From the NCBI GenBank assembly GCA_052390575.1, contig JBQTGU010000015.1:60634-124633 (forward strand): DNA of 64,000 nucleotides. Reading direction: 5' to 3'. Below the pieces are notes generated by a model. It saw nothing but the letters and a program-made list of their open reading frames with translations. It searched no databases and had not been told where the DNA came from. A program made the translations under genes and the position numbers. Below, one piece after another: positions 53,771 to 62,075 of the stretch; positions within the stretch are counted from its first letter, which is position 1, and each line of letters starts with the position of its first letter. The DNA comes from Actinomycetota bacterium (lineage in GTDB: Bacteria; Actinomycetota; Acidimicrobiia; IMCC26256; JACDBD01).

Positions 53771-54336
53771 ACCTTCCGGCCGAGGAACCCCGCGAGCTGG
53801 TCCGCCGCCGGCGCCGAGTCCGGCACCTTCACCTCGGGCCCGAACGGCGCCGCTCCGTCAGGACCGCGGAACTGGTCGGAGATCGCCGCCTTCGCCCCGA
53901 TGAGGAGCTGCTTCGCCAGGTCGGCGTTGAGCCTGGCGGCGTCCTGTCCCGTCGCCCGGGCCAGGTCCCAGCCGTGGGTGAACGCGTCGGTGGTCGCCAG
54001 CGCCATGAAGATGGAGCCGGGGAACTCCCCGAACGGGAGCTTGAGGATCTTCTCCTGCGCGCCCGGCGCGTTGAACGCCGCCACCGCCTTCTTGACCCCG
54101 TCGTCGAACGCCTTCAGCCGGTCACCACCGGCGAAGTCGGTCTCGTCCTGGGGCGCCCCTTCCCCGGCCTCGGTCGACGCCGCAAACCAGTGGGCGCCGC
54201 TGATGATGTGGTTGATGACCTGGCGCACGTCCCACGTCTGACACGGCGTCGGGTCGCCCAGCTGGTCGTCGTTGACGTTGGCCAGCACCTTCCGGGTGCT
54301 CGCGAACGCCTCCTCGAGCGTGTCGGCTGCTGCCAT
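53767..54336 (-). CDS. DinB/mycothiol-dependent-enzyme-like protein (TIGR03086-like), second copy
   Basis: 3' 190 codons of track ORF 53767..54417, starting at the ATG at 54336 with GGAGGG upstream. Contains QLGDPTPCQTWDVRQVINH, TDAFTHGWDLARATGQ and LAGFLGR. Confidence 0.75.
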   Translation of the reverse strand: MAAADTLEEAFASTRKVLANVNDDQLGDPTPCQTWDVRQVINHIISGAHWFAASTEAGEGAPQDETDFAGGDRLKAFDDGVKKAVAAFNAPGAQEKILKLPFGEFPGSIFMALATTDAFTHGWDLARATGQDAARLNADLAKQLLIGAKAAISDQFRGPDGAAPFGPEVKVPDSAPAADQLAGFLGRKV

Positions 54337-54371
54337 GAATCCCTCCGGGTCGTACGGCCTGTGTGTATGGG

Positions 54372-54896
54372 TTAGCCGCTGGTAGTGGCCTCGCGCCAGC
54401 GGTCGGTGACGCCCCACTCGTCGGCCCAGTGCTCGACGTAGTCGCGGTCGAAATCGCTACCGGTCGAGAGGATGGACTCCACGTCGTCGCGATCGCGCGG
54501 CCGCCACGCAATGAGCTTGTGGATGAGCACGTCCTCGACGGTGAGGAGGTGATCGACGGCGCGTTCGATTGCCAGCCGTTGGTAGGGAGTCGTCGCGACG
54601 ATGACGTCGGCGGCGCAATCCCCGCGCCGCGCCCGGATCAGGTGGACTTCGCCCTGATCCTCGAACGGTCGCACGTCGAACCCTTCGGCGACGAGGGCTT
54701 GCACAAGGGCCTCGTGCCATTCGACGAGGAAATCGACGTCGTTGGTAGGACGCGGACCAGCGCGGTATTGCATCGCTGCGAGCGCCCCGACAACCGTCCA
54801 GGGAGCGCGGAGCTGCTCAAGCAGACCTTTTACGGTCTCGTAGCATCCCGCGTTCGCGGGCCTTCCGGTAGAACTCGAGCTCGGGGGGGTGCTCAT
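54372..54896 (-). CDS. Nucleotidyltransferase-like protein (AbiEii/DUF-type minimal NTase fold)
   Basis: Track ORF of 174 aa. WTVVGALAAMQYRAGPRPTNDVDFLV resembles the GG-x-A...R-x-T-x-D-x-DF NTase motif. The first ~25 codons (MSTPPSSSSTGRPANAG) overlap the upstream gene and look non-native. Confidence 0.6.
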   Translation of the reverse strand: MSTPPSSSSTGRPANAGCYETVKGLLEQLRAPWTVVGALAAMQYRAGPRPTNDVDFLVEWHEALVQALVAEGFDVRPFEDQGEVHLIRARRGDCAADVIVATTPYQRLAIERAVDHLLTVEDVLIHKLIAWRPRDRDDVESILSTGSDFDRDYVEHWADEWGVTDRWREATTSG

Positions 54897-55068
54897 CCTC
54901 CTCCACTTCCTCCAGCGGCGGTATCCCGCGCTTCGCTCGGCGCTCGTTGCTCCAGCGGATCATCCAACGGCGCGTTTCGGGGGAAGGAGGGCCGGTCTGA
55001 GCTTCGAGCTCGGCCGACGCCTTGGCGAGCCTGCGCATGTACTCGCGGTCGTGTTCGCTCACCGCCAC
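54817..55068 (-). CDS. Small charged protein upstream of the NTase-like gene (antitoxin-like position)
   Basis: 3' part of track ORF 54817..55212. Candidate starts are GTG 55068, GTG 55062 and TTG 55074. VAVSEHDREYMRRLAKASAELEAQTG...EFYRKARERGMLRDRKRSA. Its 3' end overlaps the NTase ORF by 80 nt. Confidence 0.5.
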   Translation of the reverse strand: MAVSEHDREYMRRLAKASAELEAQTGPPSPETRRWMIRWSNERRAKRGIPPLEEVEEDEHPPELEFYRKARERGMLRDRKRSA

Positions 55069-55090
55069 GACCAAAGTGTACGCCCGGCCG

Positions 55091-56089
55091 GTGACAGCAA
55101 CCGAAGCGCGCCGTACTGTTCGACCCTTGGACCGGGAGGAGACCAAGCGCCGCCAGCAGCAGCTGGGTGCGCCCATCGTCCCCGACACCCCCGCGCCGCG
55201 CGCCGAGGGCACGGTTCCGCTGCCCGACGGGCGCGAGCTCGGCTACGCCGAGTTCGGCCTGGCCGTCGGGCCGTTGGTGTTGTGGTTCCACGGCTCGCCC
55301 GGCGCCCGCCGCCAGGTCCCGCCGGTGGCGCGCCACGCCGCCGACACGCGCGGGCTGCGCATCGTCTGTGTCGAGCGCCCCGGCATCGGCCTGTCGACCG
55401 ACCACGTCTACCGGGAGGTGCGCGACTGGGCCGACGACGTCGCCGTGGTTGCCGACCACCTCGAGCGCGAGCGTTTCCTCGTCGTCGGCCTGTCGGGCGG
55501 CGGCCCGTACGCGCTCGCGACCGGCCACGAGCTCCCCGAACGCGTCGCGGCCATCGGGATCCTCGGCGGCCTCGTGCCCACCTGCGGGGAGGAGGCAGCT
55601 GCGGGCGGAGTCGTCGCCCTCTCCCGTCCGTTCAACCGGGTGCTCACCGCGCTGCGCCGTCCGCTCGGCCGCGGCCTCTGGGGTTTCGTGCGGGCCGCGC
55701 AGCCCGTCTCGCACCCGGCTTACCGGGCGTTCGCCCGGGTGATGCCCGACGGCGACACCAAGGTGTTCCAGGACCCGGCGATGGAGGAGATGTTCATCGA
55801 CGACCTCACCCGCGGCGCCAGGGGGCAGTTCCAGGCGTTCGTCAACGACATGGTGCTCGTCGGACGGCCGTGGGGCTTCAACCTCGCCGACGTGCGCGTG
55901 CCGGTGCGGTGGTGGCACGGCGACGCCGACCCGTTCGTCGGCCTCGATCAGGCCCGGCGCGCCACCAAACTGCTGCCCCACTGCGAGCTGCGCACCCGCC
56001 ACGGCGAGAGCCACATGGGCGGCTTCGCCGCCTCCGACCGTATGCTCGCCAGCCTTGCCCGGCTGTGGGAGGACAGCACGCATGCGTAG
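55091..56089 (+). CDS. Alpha/beta hydrolase
   Basis: Track ORF 55022..56089. I prefer the GTG at 55091, which avoids overlapping the divergent small gene; TTG 55127 is also possible. Contains LWFHGSPGAR, VVGLSGGGPYA and WWHGDADPFV...GESHM. Confidence 0.8.
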   Translation: MTATEARRTVRPLDREETKRRQQQLGAPIVPDTPAPRAEGTVPLPDGRELGYAEFGLAVGPLVLWFHGSPGARRQVPPVARHAADTRGLRIVCVERPGIGLSTDHVYREVRDWADDVAVVADHLERERFLVVGLSGGGPYALATGHELPERVAAIGILGGLVPTCGEEAAAGGVVALSRPFNRVLTALRRPLGRGLWGFVRAAQPVSHPAYRAFARVMPDGDTKVFQDPAMEEMFIDDLTRGARGQFQAFVNDMVLVGRPWGFNLADVRVPVRWWHGDADPFVGLDQARRATKLLPHCELRTRHGESHMGGFAASDRMLASLARLWEDSTHA

Positions 56090-58085
56090 CGCTCGTCGTT
56101 GGGTCGTCCCGGTACTCGCCGCCGCCATTGCCGCCGCCGGCTCGGGCGGGATCGCCGACCAAGCGGGGGCGACCGTCCCGTTGCGGGGCGAGATCGACGT
56201 CGACGTGGAACGCCCCAAGACCTGCGACCCGCTCGACCCCGCCCAGTGCCTCCTGCCGTTCCCGAGCGACTTCTACACCGAGGACGCCGACACGCCGACG
56301 GGGCGCCGGGTCGCCTTCCCGAAGAAGGAGATGCCCGCCAACGTCGACGGCGTGCGCATCGATCCCGCCGAGTGGAACCGCAGCGACGGCTTCAGCCCCG
56401 GCCCGATGGTCCTCACCCACGTCCCCGGCCTCGACCCGGCCGCGTCGGGCGTGCCCCCGAGCACCGACATCGGCGCCTCGCTCGAGCCGGACTCGGCGGT
56501 CGTGATCGTCGACACCGACACCGGCGAGCGCGTCCCGCTGTGGGCCGAGCTCGACGCCAACGCGACCACGGACGAGGAGCGCCTCCTCATCGTGCGCCCG
56601 GCGATCAACCTGCTCGAGGGCCACCGCCACGTCGTCGCGCTGCGCGGCGACATCGTGGACACGGCCGGCGAGCCCATCCCACCGTCGGACGCGTTCCGCG
56701 CGTACCGCGACGAGCTCGACACCGGCGACGACGCCCTCGAGGACCGCCGCGACGCCATGGACCAGATCTTCACCGACCTCGACGACGCCGGCATCGAGCG
56801 CGACGACCTGTGGCTGGCGTGGGACTTCACCGTCGCCAGCGAGGAGTCGCTCTCGGGCCGGCTGCTGCACATGCGCGACGACGCCTTCGACGCGCTCGAG
56901 GGCAAGGCGCCCGACTTCAGCGTCGAGGCGGTCGAGGAGACGGGCGGCGCGGCCCGGATCGTGCGCGGGACCTACGAGGTGCCGAGCTACCTCGCCGGCG
57001 ACGGTGGGCCCGGCTCGAATCTCAACAACGGCGACGGCGGCGACGACCCGCTCCCGGAGCGCAACGGCGCGATCACCGCCAACTTCGTCTGCACCGTGCC
57101 CACGGGCGCCACCGCCGACAACCTCGCCCGCTGGGGGCTGTTCGGCCACGGGCTGCTCGGCACCGCCGAGGCCACCCTCGACGTCGGGGAGCTCGCCGCC
57201 AACGTGAACGCCGGCTTCTGCGGCACCGACTGGATCGGGATGAGCGAGAGCGACCTGCCGTTCCTCGGCAAGGCCATCCAGGAGATGACTCTGTGGCGGG
57301 CGGTGCCCGACCGGCTCCAGCAGTCCCATCTCAACTTCCTCGTGCTGGGCCGGTTGCTGAAGTCGAAGCGCGGGCTCGGCAGCGACGCCGCGTTCCAGGA
57401 TGCGAGCGGCGAGAGCGTCATCGACGGCAACCAGCTGTTCTTCGTCGGCGGCAGCCAGGGCGGGGTCCTCGGCGGTGCTACCGCCGCGGTGGCGACCGAC
57501 TGGGACCGGTCGTTCCTCGCCGTCCCCGGGCTCAACTACTCGCTGCTGCTCGACCGCAGCAGTCAGTACGAGCCGTTCGAGCCGATCTTCGCCGGGGCGT
57601 ACCCCGACCTGATCGAGCGCGAGCTCGCCCTCGGCCTGATCCAGATGCTGTGGGACCGGGGCGAGAACAGCGCCTACGCCCAGCACCTCCGGGCCGACCC
57701 CTACCCCGACACGCCCAAGGAGAAGAAGGTCCTGCTGTTCGAGGCGTTCGGCGACCATCAGGTGGCGAACGTGTCGACCGAGGTGCTGGCCCGCACCATC
57801 GGCGCGCTCGTACGCCAGCCCGCGCTGGCGCCGGGACGCTCGAACGACGTCGAGCCGTTGTTTGGCCTCGAGGCGGTACCCGGGTTCCCGTACGACGGCA
57901 GCGTGCTGGTGGTGTGGGACTACGGCACGCCCGCGCCACCGACCGACAACCAGGCGCCGACCGAAGGTGCCGATCCGCACGGCAACATCGTCTCGACGAT
58001 CCCGGCGGTGCTGATGGCGTCCGACTTCCTCAAGACGGGCGGCGCGGTCACCGATCCGTGTATGGGTCAGCCCTGCCGGACATGA
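56082..58085 (+). CDS. Large secreted putative serine hydrolase (possible Tat signal)
   Basis: Track ORF 56055..58085. The ATG at 56082 has GGGAGGA upstream and an 8-nt overlap with the upstream stop. N-terminus MRSARRWVVPVLAAAIAAAGSG, GxSxG-like FVGGSQGGVLGG, and later EAFGDHQV. Confidence 0.7.
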   Translation: MRSARRWVVPVLAAAIAAAGSGGIADQAGATVPLRGEIDVDVERPKTCDPLDPAQCLLPFPSDFYTEDADTPTGRRVAFPKKEMPANVDGVRIDPAEWNRSDGFSPGPMVLTHVPGLDPAASGVPPSTDIGASLEPDSAVVIVDTDTGERVPLWAELDANATTDEERLLIVRPAINLLEGHRHVVALRGDIVDTAGEPIPPSDAFRAYRDELDTGDDALEDRRDAMDQIFTDLDDAGIERDDLWLAWDFTVASEESLSGRLLHMRDDAFDALEGKAPDFSVEAVEETGGAARIVRGTYEVPSYLAGDGGPGSNLNNGDGGDDPLPERNGAITANFVCTVPTGATADNLARWGLFGHGLLGTAEATLDVGELAANVNAGFCGTDWIGMSESDLPFLGKAIQEMTLWRAVPDRLQQSHLNFLVLGRLLKSKRGLGSDAAFQDASGESVIDGNQLFFVGGSQGGVLGGATAAVATDWDRSFLAVPGLNYSLLLDRSSQYEPFEPIFAGAYPDLIERELALGLIQMLWDRGENSAYAQHLRADPYPDTPKEKKVLLFEAFGDHQVANVSTEVLARTIGALVRQPALAPGRSNDVEPLFGLEAVPGFPYDGSVLVVWDYGTPAPPTDNQAPTEGADPHGNIVSTIPAVLMASDFLKTGGAVTDPCMGQPCRT

Positions 58086-58329
58086 CCGCCGCCGCGAACG
58101 GGCACTGAGGCACGACGGTCAGGTCGCGCGAGCGCGCGTCTGCGAGCGCGAACTCGACCAGCTGCGTACCGACGCCACGGCCCTCGACCGACGGGTCGAC
58201 CTCGACGTGGAGGATGATCAGGCGCCCGGGCTCGTCCTGCCGGTGGCTGGCGTAGCCCAGCACCTTCCCGTCGGCGCGCGCCTCGTACCGCCGGGTCGCA
58301 GGGTTGTCGGTGATCTGCACGTCCTGCAT
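58048..58329 (-). CDS. Small GNAT-family N-acetyltransferase (YjdJ-like)
   Basis: Track ORF of 93 aa. Contains RRYEARADGKVLGYASH, ILHVEVDPSVEGRGVGTQLVEFALADAR and VVPQCPF. Its 3' end overlaps the convergent hydrolase gene by 38 nt. Confidence 0.8.
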   Translation of the reverse strand: MQDVQITDNPATRRYEARADGKVLGYASHRQDEPGRLIILHVEVDPSVEGRGVGTQLVEFALADARSRDLTVVPQCPFAAAVMSGRADPYTDR

Positions 58330-58338
58330 GCGCCCTCG

Positions 58339-58782
58339 TCAGGGGAGTCCCAGTGCGGCCGCGCACGCCGGCCAATGCGAGAAGCCTCCCACGTGGTCGC
58401 GCAGCCGTTCCGCCACGACGATCTGCTGTTCGGGCATGGCGAGGTAGGCCGACGGCGCGAACTCACCCCCGCCGTTGGCGAGCCAGGTGCTGTCGAGGAA
58501 CTGCAACCCGCCGGTGAAGCCGTTGCCGCTGTTGATGTGCCAGTTCCCGCGGGACTCGCAGTGCGCGAGCTTGTGCCACACGGCCGGCGTTGCTCTCAAC
58601 GGACTCTCGACGCGCGCCGGCGACGCGCGGTCGCGGTTGGGTTCGTCGGGCGCGGCGTCCGCGCCCATGCACGCGGTCAGGAGGCCGGCGAGCCCAACCG
58701 CCAGGACGGCCGTCACCACCGTCCAGAACGCCACCCTCAGCCGCCGTTCGGCGGTGTCCGCTCCGCTCGGGCGTCGGACCAC
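58339..58782 (-). CDS. Resuscitation-promoting-factor-like (Rpf transglycosylase domain) membrane-anchored protein
   Basis: Track ORF of 147 aa with a TM/lipobox-like LLTAC. Contains WHKLAHCESRGNWHINSGNGFTGGLQFLDSTW...QQIVVAERL...WPAC. Confidence 0.85.
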   Translation of the reverse strand: MVRRPSGADTAERRLRVAFWTVVTAVLAVGLAGLLTACMGADAAPDEPNRDRASPARVESPLRATPAVWHKLAHCESRGNWHINSGNGFTGGLQFLDSTWLANGGGEFAPSAYLAMPEQQIVVAERLRDHVGGFSHWPACAAALGLP

Positions 58783-58872
58783 GCTCGTCCCTCCGCGCCG
58801 TGCCCTACTGCGGAAGGACTCCGCCCATCCCGCCCCCGCGCTACACGGGGACGAATCGGACTTCTCGCGCGA

Positions 58873-59085
58873 CTATTCGGTCAGGTCGACCGTGTCCTCG
58901 GAGCGGCGGTGCTCGACGATGCCGTCGGGGGAACGGGTGCGGTCGTCGGCGCGCTCGTTTGACTCCTCGAGCACGGCTTCGGCGAGTGCCTCGGCGTCGT
59001 CCACGCCGTTCTCCTTCTCTTCCGCCGTGAGCCCCTTGGCCCGGCTCTCGACCCGCGCATCGTCCGGTTTGTGCCGCTCCGTCAT
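58873..59085 (-). CDS. Small acidic hypothetical protein
   Basis: 3' end of track ORF 58873..59772, starting at the ATG at 59085 (or 59097). MTERHKPDDARVESRAKGLTAEEKENGVDDAEALAEAVLEESNERADD... The rest of the track ORF is antisense to the crotonase gene. Confidence 0.5.
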   Translation of the reverse strand: MTERHKPDDARVESRAKGLTAEEKENGVDDAEALAEAVLEESNERADDRTRSPDGIVEHRRSEDTVDLTE

Positions 59086-59145
59086 GGTCGGGAACATCCC
59101 CGCCGCCGAACCGGTCGAAACCGGGAAGGTCGTAGCCTGCCTGCC

Positions 59146-59895
59146 GTGAGCAGGCAGTTCGTCGACATTCGCGAGCAGGACGGCGTCGCCGTGGTGACCA
59201 TCGACCGGCCGCCCGCCAACGCCCTCGACCCGGGACTGCTCGCCGACGGCCTGAGCGCCCTCGACACCCTGCTCGCCGACCGGCCCCGGGCGGCGGTGCT
59301 CACCGGCGCCGGGGCGTTCTTCTCCGGCGGTGCCGACCTGCGGGCGGTGCCCGCGCTGGCCCAGACGGAACAGGAGGAGATGGCCCGCGACGCCAACCGG
59401 CTCTTCGCCGGGTGGCACCGCTTCCCCCGGCCCCTCGTCACCGCGGTGAACGGCCACGCCGTCGCCGGCGGGCTCGTCCTCGCCTTGTGCGGCGACTACC
59501 GGGTCGGCCCCACGTCGGGGCAGTTCGGGCTGACCGAGGCGCGCGTCGGCATCCCGTTCCCGAGTATGGCGATGGCGGTCGTGCAGGCCGAGCTCGCGCC
59601 CGGCGTCGCCCGCCGGCTCGTGCTCGGCGCCGAGCTGTTCGACGCCGCCACCGCGCACTCGTTCGGGATCTTCGACGAGACCGCCGCCGACGACGCCGTA
59701 CTCGACCGGGCGCTCGCAGTGGCACGTGACATGGCCGAGCTCCCGCCCGCGACGTACGAGGCGGTGAAGCACCGGCTGCGGCTGACGACGGCGTCGGAGG
59801 AGGAGCGGGCGGCCATCTCGCGCGGCTGGGTTAGCGACGAGGCCGTCGACGCGGCCGCGGCGGTACTGGCGCGCGGTCGCCGGCCGACTGGCTAG
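59146..59895 (+). CDS. Enoyl-CoA hydratase/isomerase (crotonase) family protein
   Basis: 3' part of track ORF 59071..59895, starting at the GTG at 59146. Contains VAVVTIDRPPANAL, VLTGAGAFFSGGADL and VNGHAVAGGLVLALCGDYR. Confidence 0.85.
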   Translation: MSRQFVDIREQDGVAVVTIDRPPANALDPGLLADGLSALDTLLADRPRAAVLTGAGAFFSGGADLRAVPALAQTEQEEMARDANRLFAGWHRFPRPLVTAVNGHAVAGGLVLALCGDYRVGPTSGQFGLTEARVGIPFPSMAMAVVQAELAPGVARRLVLGAELFDAATAHSFGIFDETAADDAVLDRALAVARDMAELPPATYEAVKHRLRLTTASEEERAAISRGWVSDEAVDAAAAVLARGRRPTG

Positions 59896-59914
59896 TTCTC
59901 GGTACGCTCCCGCG

Positions 59915-60421
59915 GTGGCCCGGGCCCGGATCGTCGTCCTGACACTCGCGCTGAGCCTGCTCGCCGCCGGCTGCTACCCGAACGGCCGGTTCTCGCCCAG
60001 CGCGCTCACGGTCATCACGCCGTCGTGCTCGGTGGTGCACGACCTTGCCGGCCGGCTCACCGACATGATCAACGCCGCCCACGCCGACGGCGTCGCGCTG
60101 CTGCCCGAGACCAAGAGCTACCTGCCGCCGGGCTCGCCCGAGCCACCTCGCAACGAGTCGTGCTACCGCAGCTACGAGCTCCAGCAGTGGTGGCGCCTCT
60201 ACTACTGCTCGATCAACCAGTGCGGGTTCGCGGCCGTGCCCGGCACCAGCCGGCACGGCTGGGGCCGCGCCGTCGACTTCGAGGATCAACTCGGCAAGCT
60301 CGAGTTCGACTCACTCGGGTATGCCTGGCTGAAGGCCCACGCCGCCGCCTTCGGGTTCACGCATCCGGCGTGGGCCGAACCCAGCGGTTCGAGTCCCGAG
60401 CCCTGGCATTGGGAAGGGTGA
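59915..60421 (+). CDS. Peptidase M15B (VanY-like) lipoprotein, paralog 2
   Basis: Track ORF of 168 aa with a GTG start. Lipobox LLAAGC. Contains ESCYRSYELQQW, GTSRHGWGRAVDF and EPWHWE. Collinear with 53237-53770. Confidence 0.85.
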   Translation: MARARIVVLTLALSLLAAGCYPNGRFSPSALTVITPSCSVVHDLAGRLTDMINAAHADGVALLPETKSYLPPGSPEPPRNESCYRSYELQQWWRLYYCSINQCGFAAVPGTSRHGWGRAVDFEDQLGKLEFDSLGYAWLKAHAAAFGFTHPAWAEPSGSSPEPWHWEG

Positions 60422-60428
60422 GCGCGCC

Positions 60429-61220
60429 CTAGTTGCGGTCGCGGGCCTGCTGGAGCTCGTAGTAGCCCGCCAGCACGGGATCGGACGACTGTGCACTCGC
60501 CGGCGGGGGAGCGGGCGCGGGGGGCGGCGAGTTCGGCCATCCGAACCAGGCGGTCTCGAGGATCGACTGGCAGAACGCGAGGTCGCCCCGCACCTGCACC
60601 GCGGCGCCTTCCTCCAGGAACACCTGGGCCATCTGGGTCGGCGTGATCTCGGGCTTCCAGGTGAGGTTGTTAGCCGCGATCACCGCGAGCACGTAGCCGC
60701 CGATCTGATCGGCGGTGAGGTCGTTCATCCCCGTGATCGTCGTCGTCTCCACCGGGACCGCGGTCAAGCCGGAGTAGGCCCGCATCTCGTTGAAGATCCC
60801 GACGATCGTGTGCCCGTACGTCGTGCCCGGCACGGCCCACTTGCCGTTGAGGTCGATCCAGTTCGGCGCGGTGCCCTGGAGCGGGAAGTTGTCGAACGCG
60901 GCCGCGTCGTACTTGGGTCGGGGCTCGAGGACACTGCCGAGGTTGGTGCTCGTCGCGCCGGCGTCGGCGTAGTTGCGCAGGTGCTGGACCTGGGCCCGCA
61001 CGCCCTGCCACGGCGTCGGCTTGCACATGTAGCGGTCGCTGCCCGTGAATGCGCCGATCCCGGCGTAGTTGTGGTCGCCGGGCAGCACGTAGCCCCGCCA
61101 GAACTCGGTGCACTCGGTGGCCACCGGCGTCTTGACCGGCTGGCAGGCGGCGAGCGCGCCGACGGCGAGCACGACCGCGACCAGCGCGACGACGCGACGG
61201 GAGAAGGGACGGAATCGCAT
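60429..61220 (-). CDS. Lipoprotein with glucosaminidase-like (N-acetylmuramidase/glucosaminidase family) motifs in an unusual order
   Basis: 3' 264 codons of track ORF 60429..62033, starting at the ATG at 61220 (MRFRPFSRRVVALVAVVLAVGALAAC). DHNYAGIGAF and HLRNYAD lie near the N-terminus; AFCQSILETAWFGW lies near the C-terminus. Confidence 0.6.
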   Translation of the reverse strand: MRFRPFSRRVVALVAVVLAVGALAACQPVKTPVATECTEFWRGYVLPGDHNYAGIGAFTGSDRYMCKPTPWQGVRAQVQHLRNYADAGATSTNLGSVLEPRPKYDAAAFDNFPLQGTAPNWIDLNGKWAVPGTTYGHTIVGIFNEMRAYSGLTAVPVETTTITGMNDLTADQIGGYVLAVIAANNLTWKPEITPTQMAQVFLEEGAAVQVRGDLAFCQSILETAWFGWPNSPPPAPAPPPASAQSSDPVLAGYYELQQARDRN

Positions 61221-61271
61221 GGGGGAACTCTCAGGGTAACCGATGTGCCCGCCACCACCGCGGCGGCCAAG

Positions 61272-62075
61272 ATGGGCGCGGTGACCGGGGATTTCAAGAC
61301 GTTCGGCATCGTGGGCTACGGCCACCTGGGCCAGCTCCTCGCCCGGTCGCTCGCCGGTGAGGGCAAGGTGCTCGCCACCGACGTCGACGAGACCCGGCTC
61401 GAGGACGTGACCGAAGGCGTACGCGTCGCCGCCCTCGACGAGGTCGTCGGCGCCGACGCGGTCATCCTCGCCGTCCCCTACGGCGCGCTCGAAGCGCTGC
61501 TCGAGGACATCCGCGGCCGGCTCGGTCCTGACACCGTGGTGATGGACGTGGTGTCGACCAAGGCCCACGCCACCGAGCTCCTCCAGCGCATCCTGGCCGA
61601 CCATCCCCACGTGCTCGCGACCCATCCGCTGTTCGGGCCGCCGTCGATGACGCGCCTCGAGCCTGGGCTGCGCCTCGTCGTGACCTACGAGAAAGGGGAG
61701 CGCGCCGCTGTCTTCCAGGAGTTCCTGACGACGCAGTTCGGCCTGGAGATCGTGCAGATCTCGGCTGAGGAGCACGACCGCGCCATGGCGTACATGCAGT
61801 CGCTGCCGTTCTTCATCGCCCGGGCGCTCGTGCGCATCGACCTGCTCGGTATGCCGCACCGCGACCTGCTCGCGATCCCCTCGTTCGAGAAGCTGGCCGA
61901 GATCGAGGCGATCGAGGAGCAGCACACGATGGGGATGTTCGACACCAGCCAGATCAGCAACCCCTACGCCGAGGACGCCCGCCGCCGGTTCCTCGAGGTC
62001 CTCAAGGAGCTCCAGGCCGAGATCGAGCAGCACGCGTCGCCCGCCGGCCTGCCGGAAGTGCCGCCGGAATCATGA
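61272..62075 (+). CDS. tyrA: Prephenate/arogenate dehydrogenase
   Basis: 3' part of track ORF 60810..62075, starting at the ATG at 61272. Contains FGIVGYGHLGQLLARSL, VMDVVSTK, THPLFGP and ISAEEHDRAMAYMQSLPFF. Confidence 0.8.
   Translation: MGAVTGDFKTFGIVGYGHLGQLLARSLAGEGKVLATDVDETRLEDVTEGVRVAALDEVVGADAVILAVPYGALEALLEDIRGRLGPDTVVMDVVSTKAHATELLQRILADHPHVLATHPLFGPPSMTRLEPGLRLVVTYEKGERAAVFQEFLTTQFGLEIVQISAEEHDRAMAYMQSLPFFIARALVRIDLLGMPHRDLLAIPSFEKLAEIEAIEEQHTMGMFDTSQISNPYAEDARRRFLEVLKELQAEIEQHASPAGLPEVPPES

Noticed and set aside
55878-58108. 700-aa minus-strand ORF (55878..57980) and 669-aa plus-strand ORF (56099..58108).
   Set aside because: Both are alternative frames of the 56082-58085 hydrolase gene. 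Their translations are Arg/Gly/Pro-rich (RRRR runs), whereas the chosen frame has balanced composition and a signal peptide.
59141-59161. Inverted repeat CTGCCTGC-CGTGA-GCAGGCAG spanning the crotonase GTG start.
   Set aside because: It is a short 8-bp stem that could occur by chance in 70% GC DNA. There is no second copy and no obvious regulator. It is noted but not considered strong enough for a finding.
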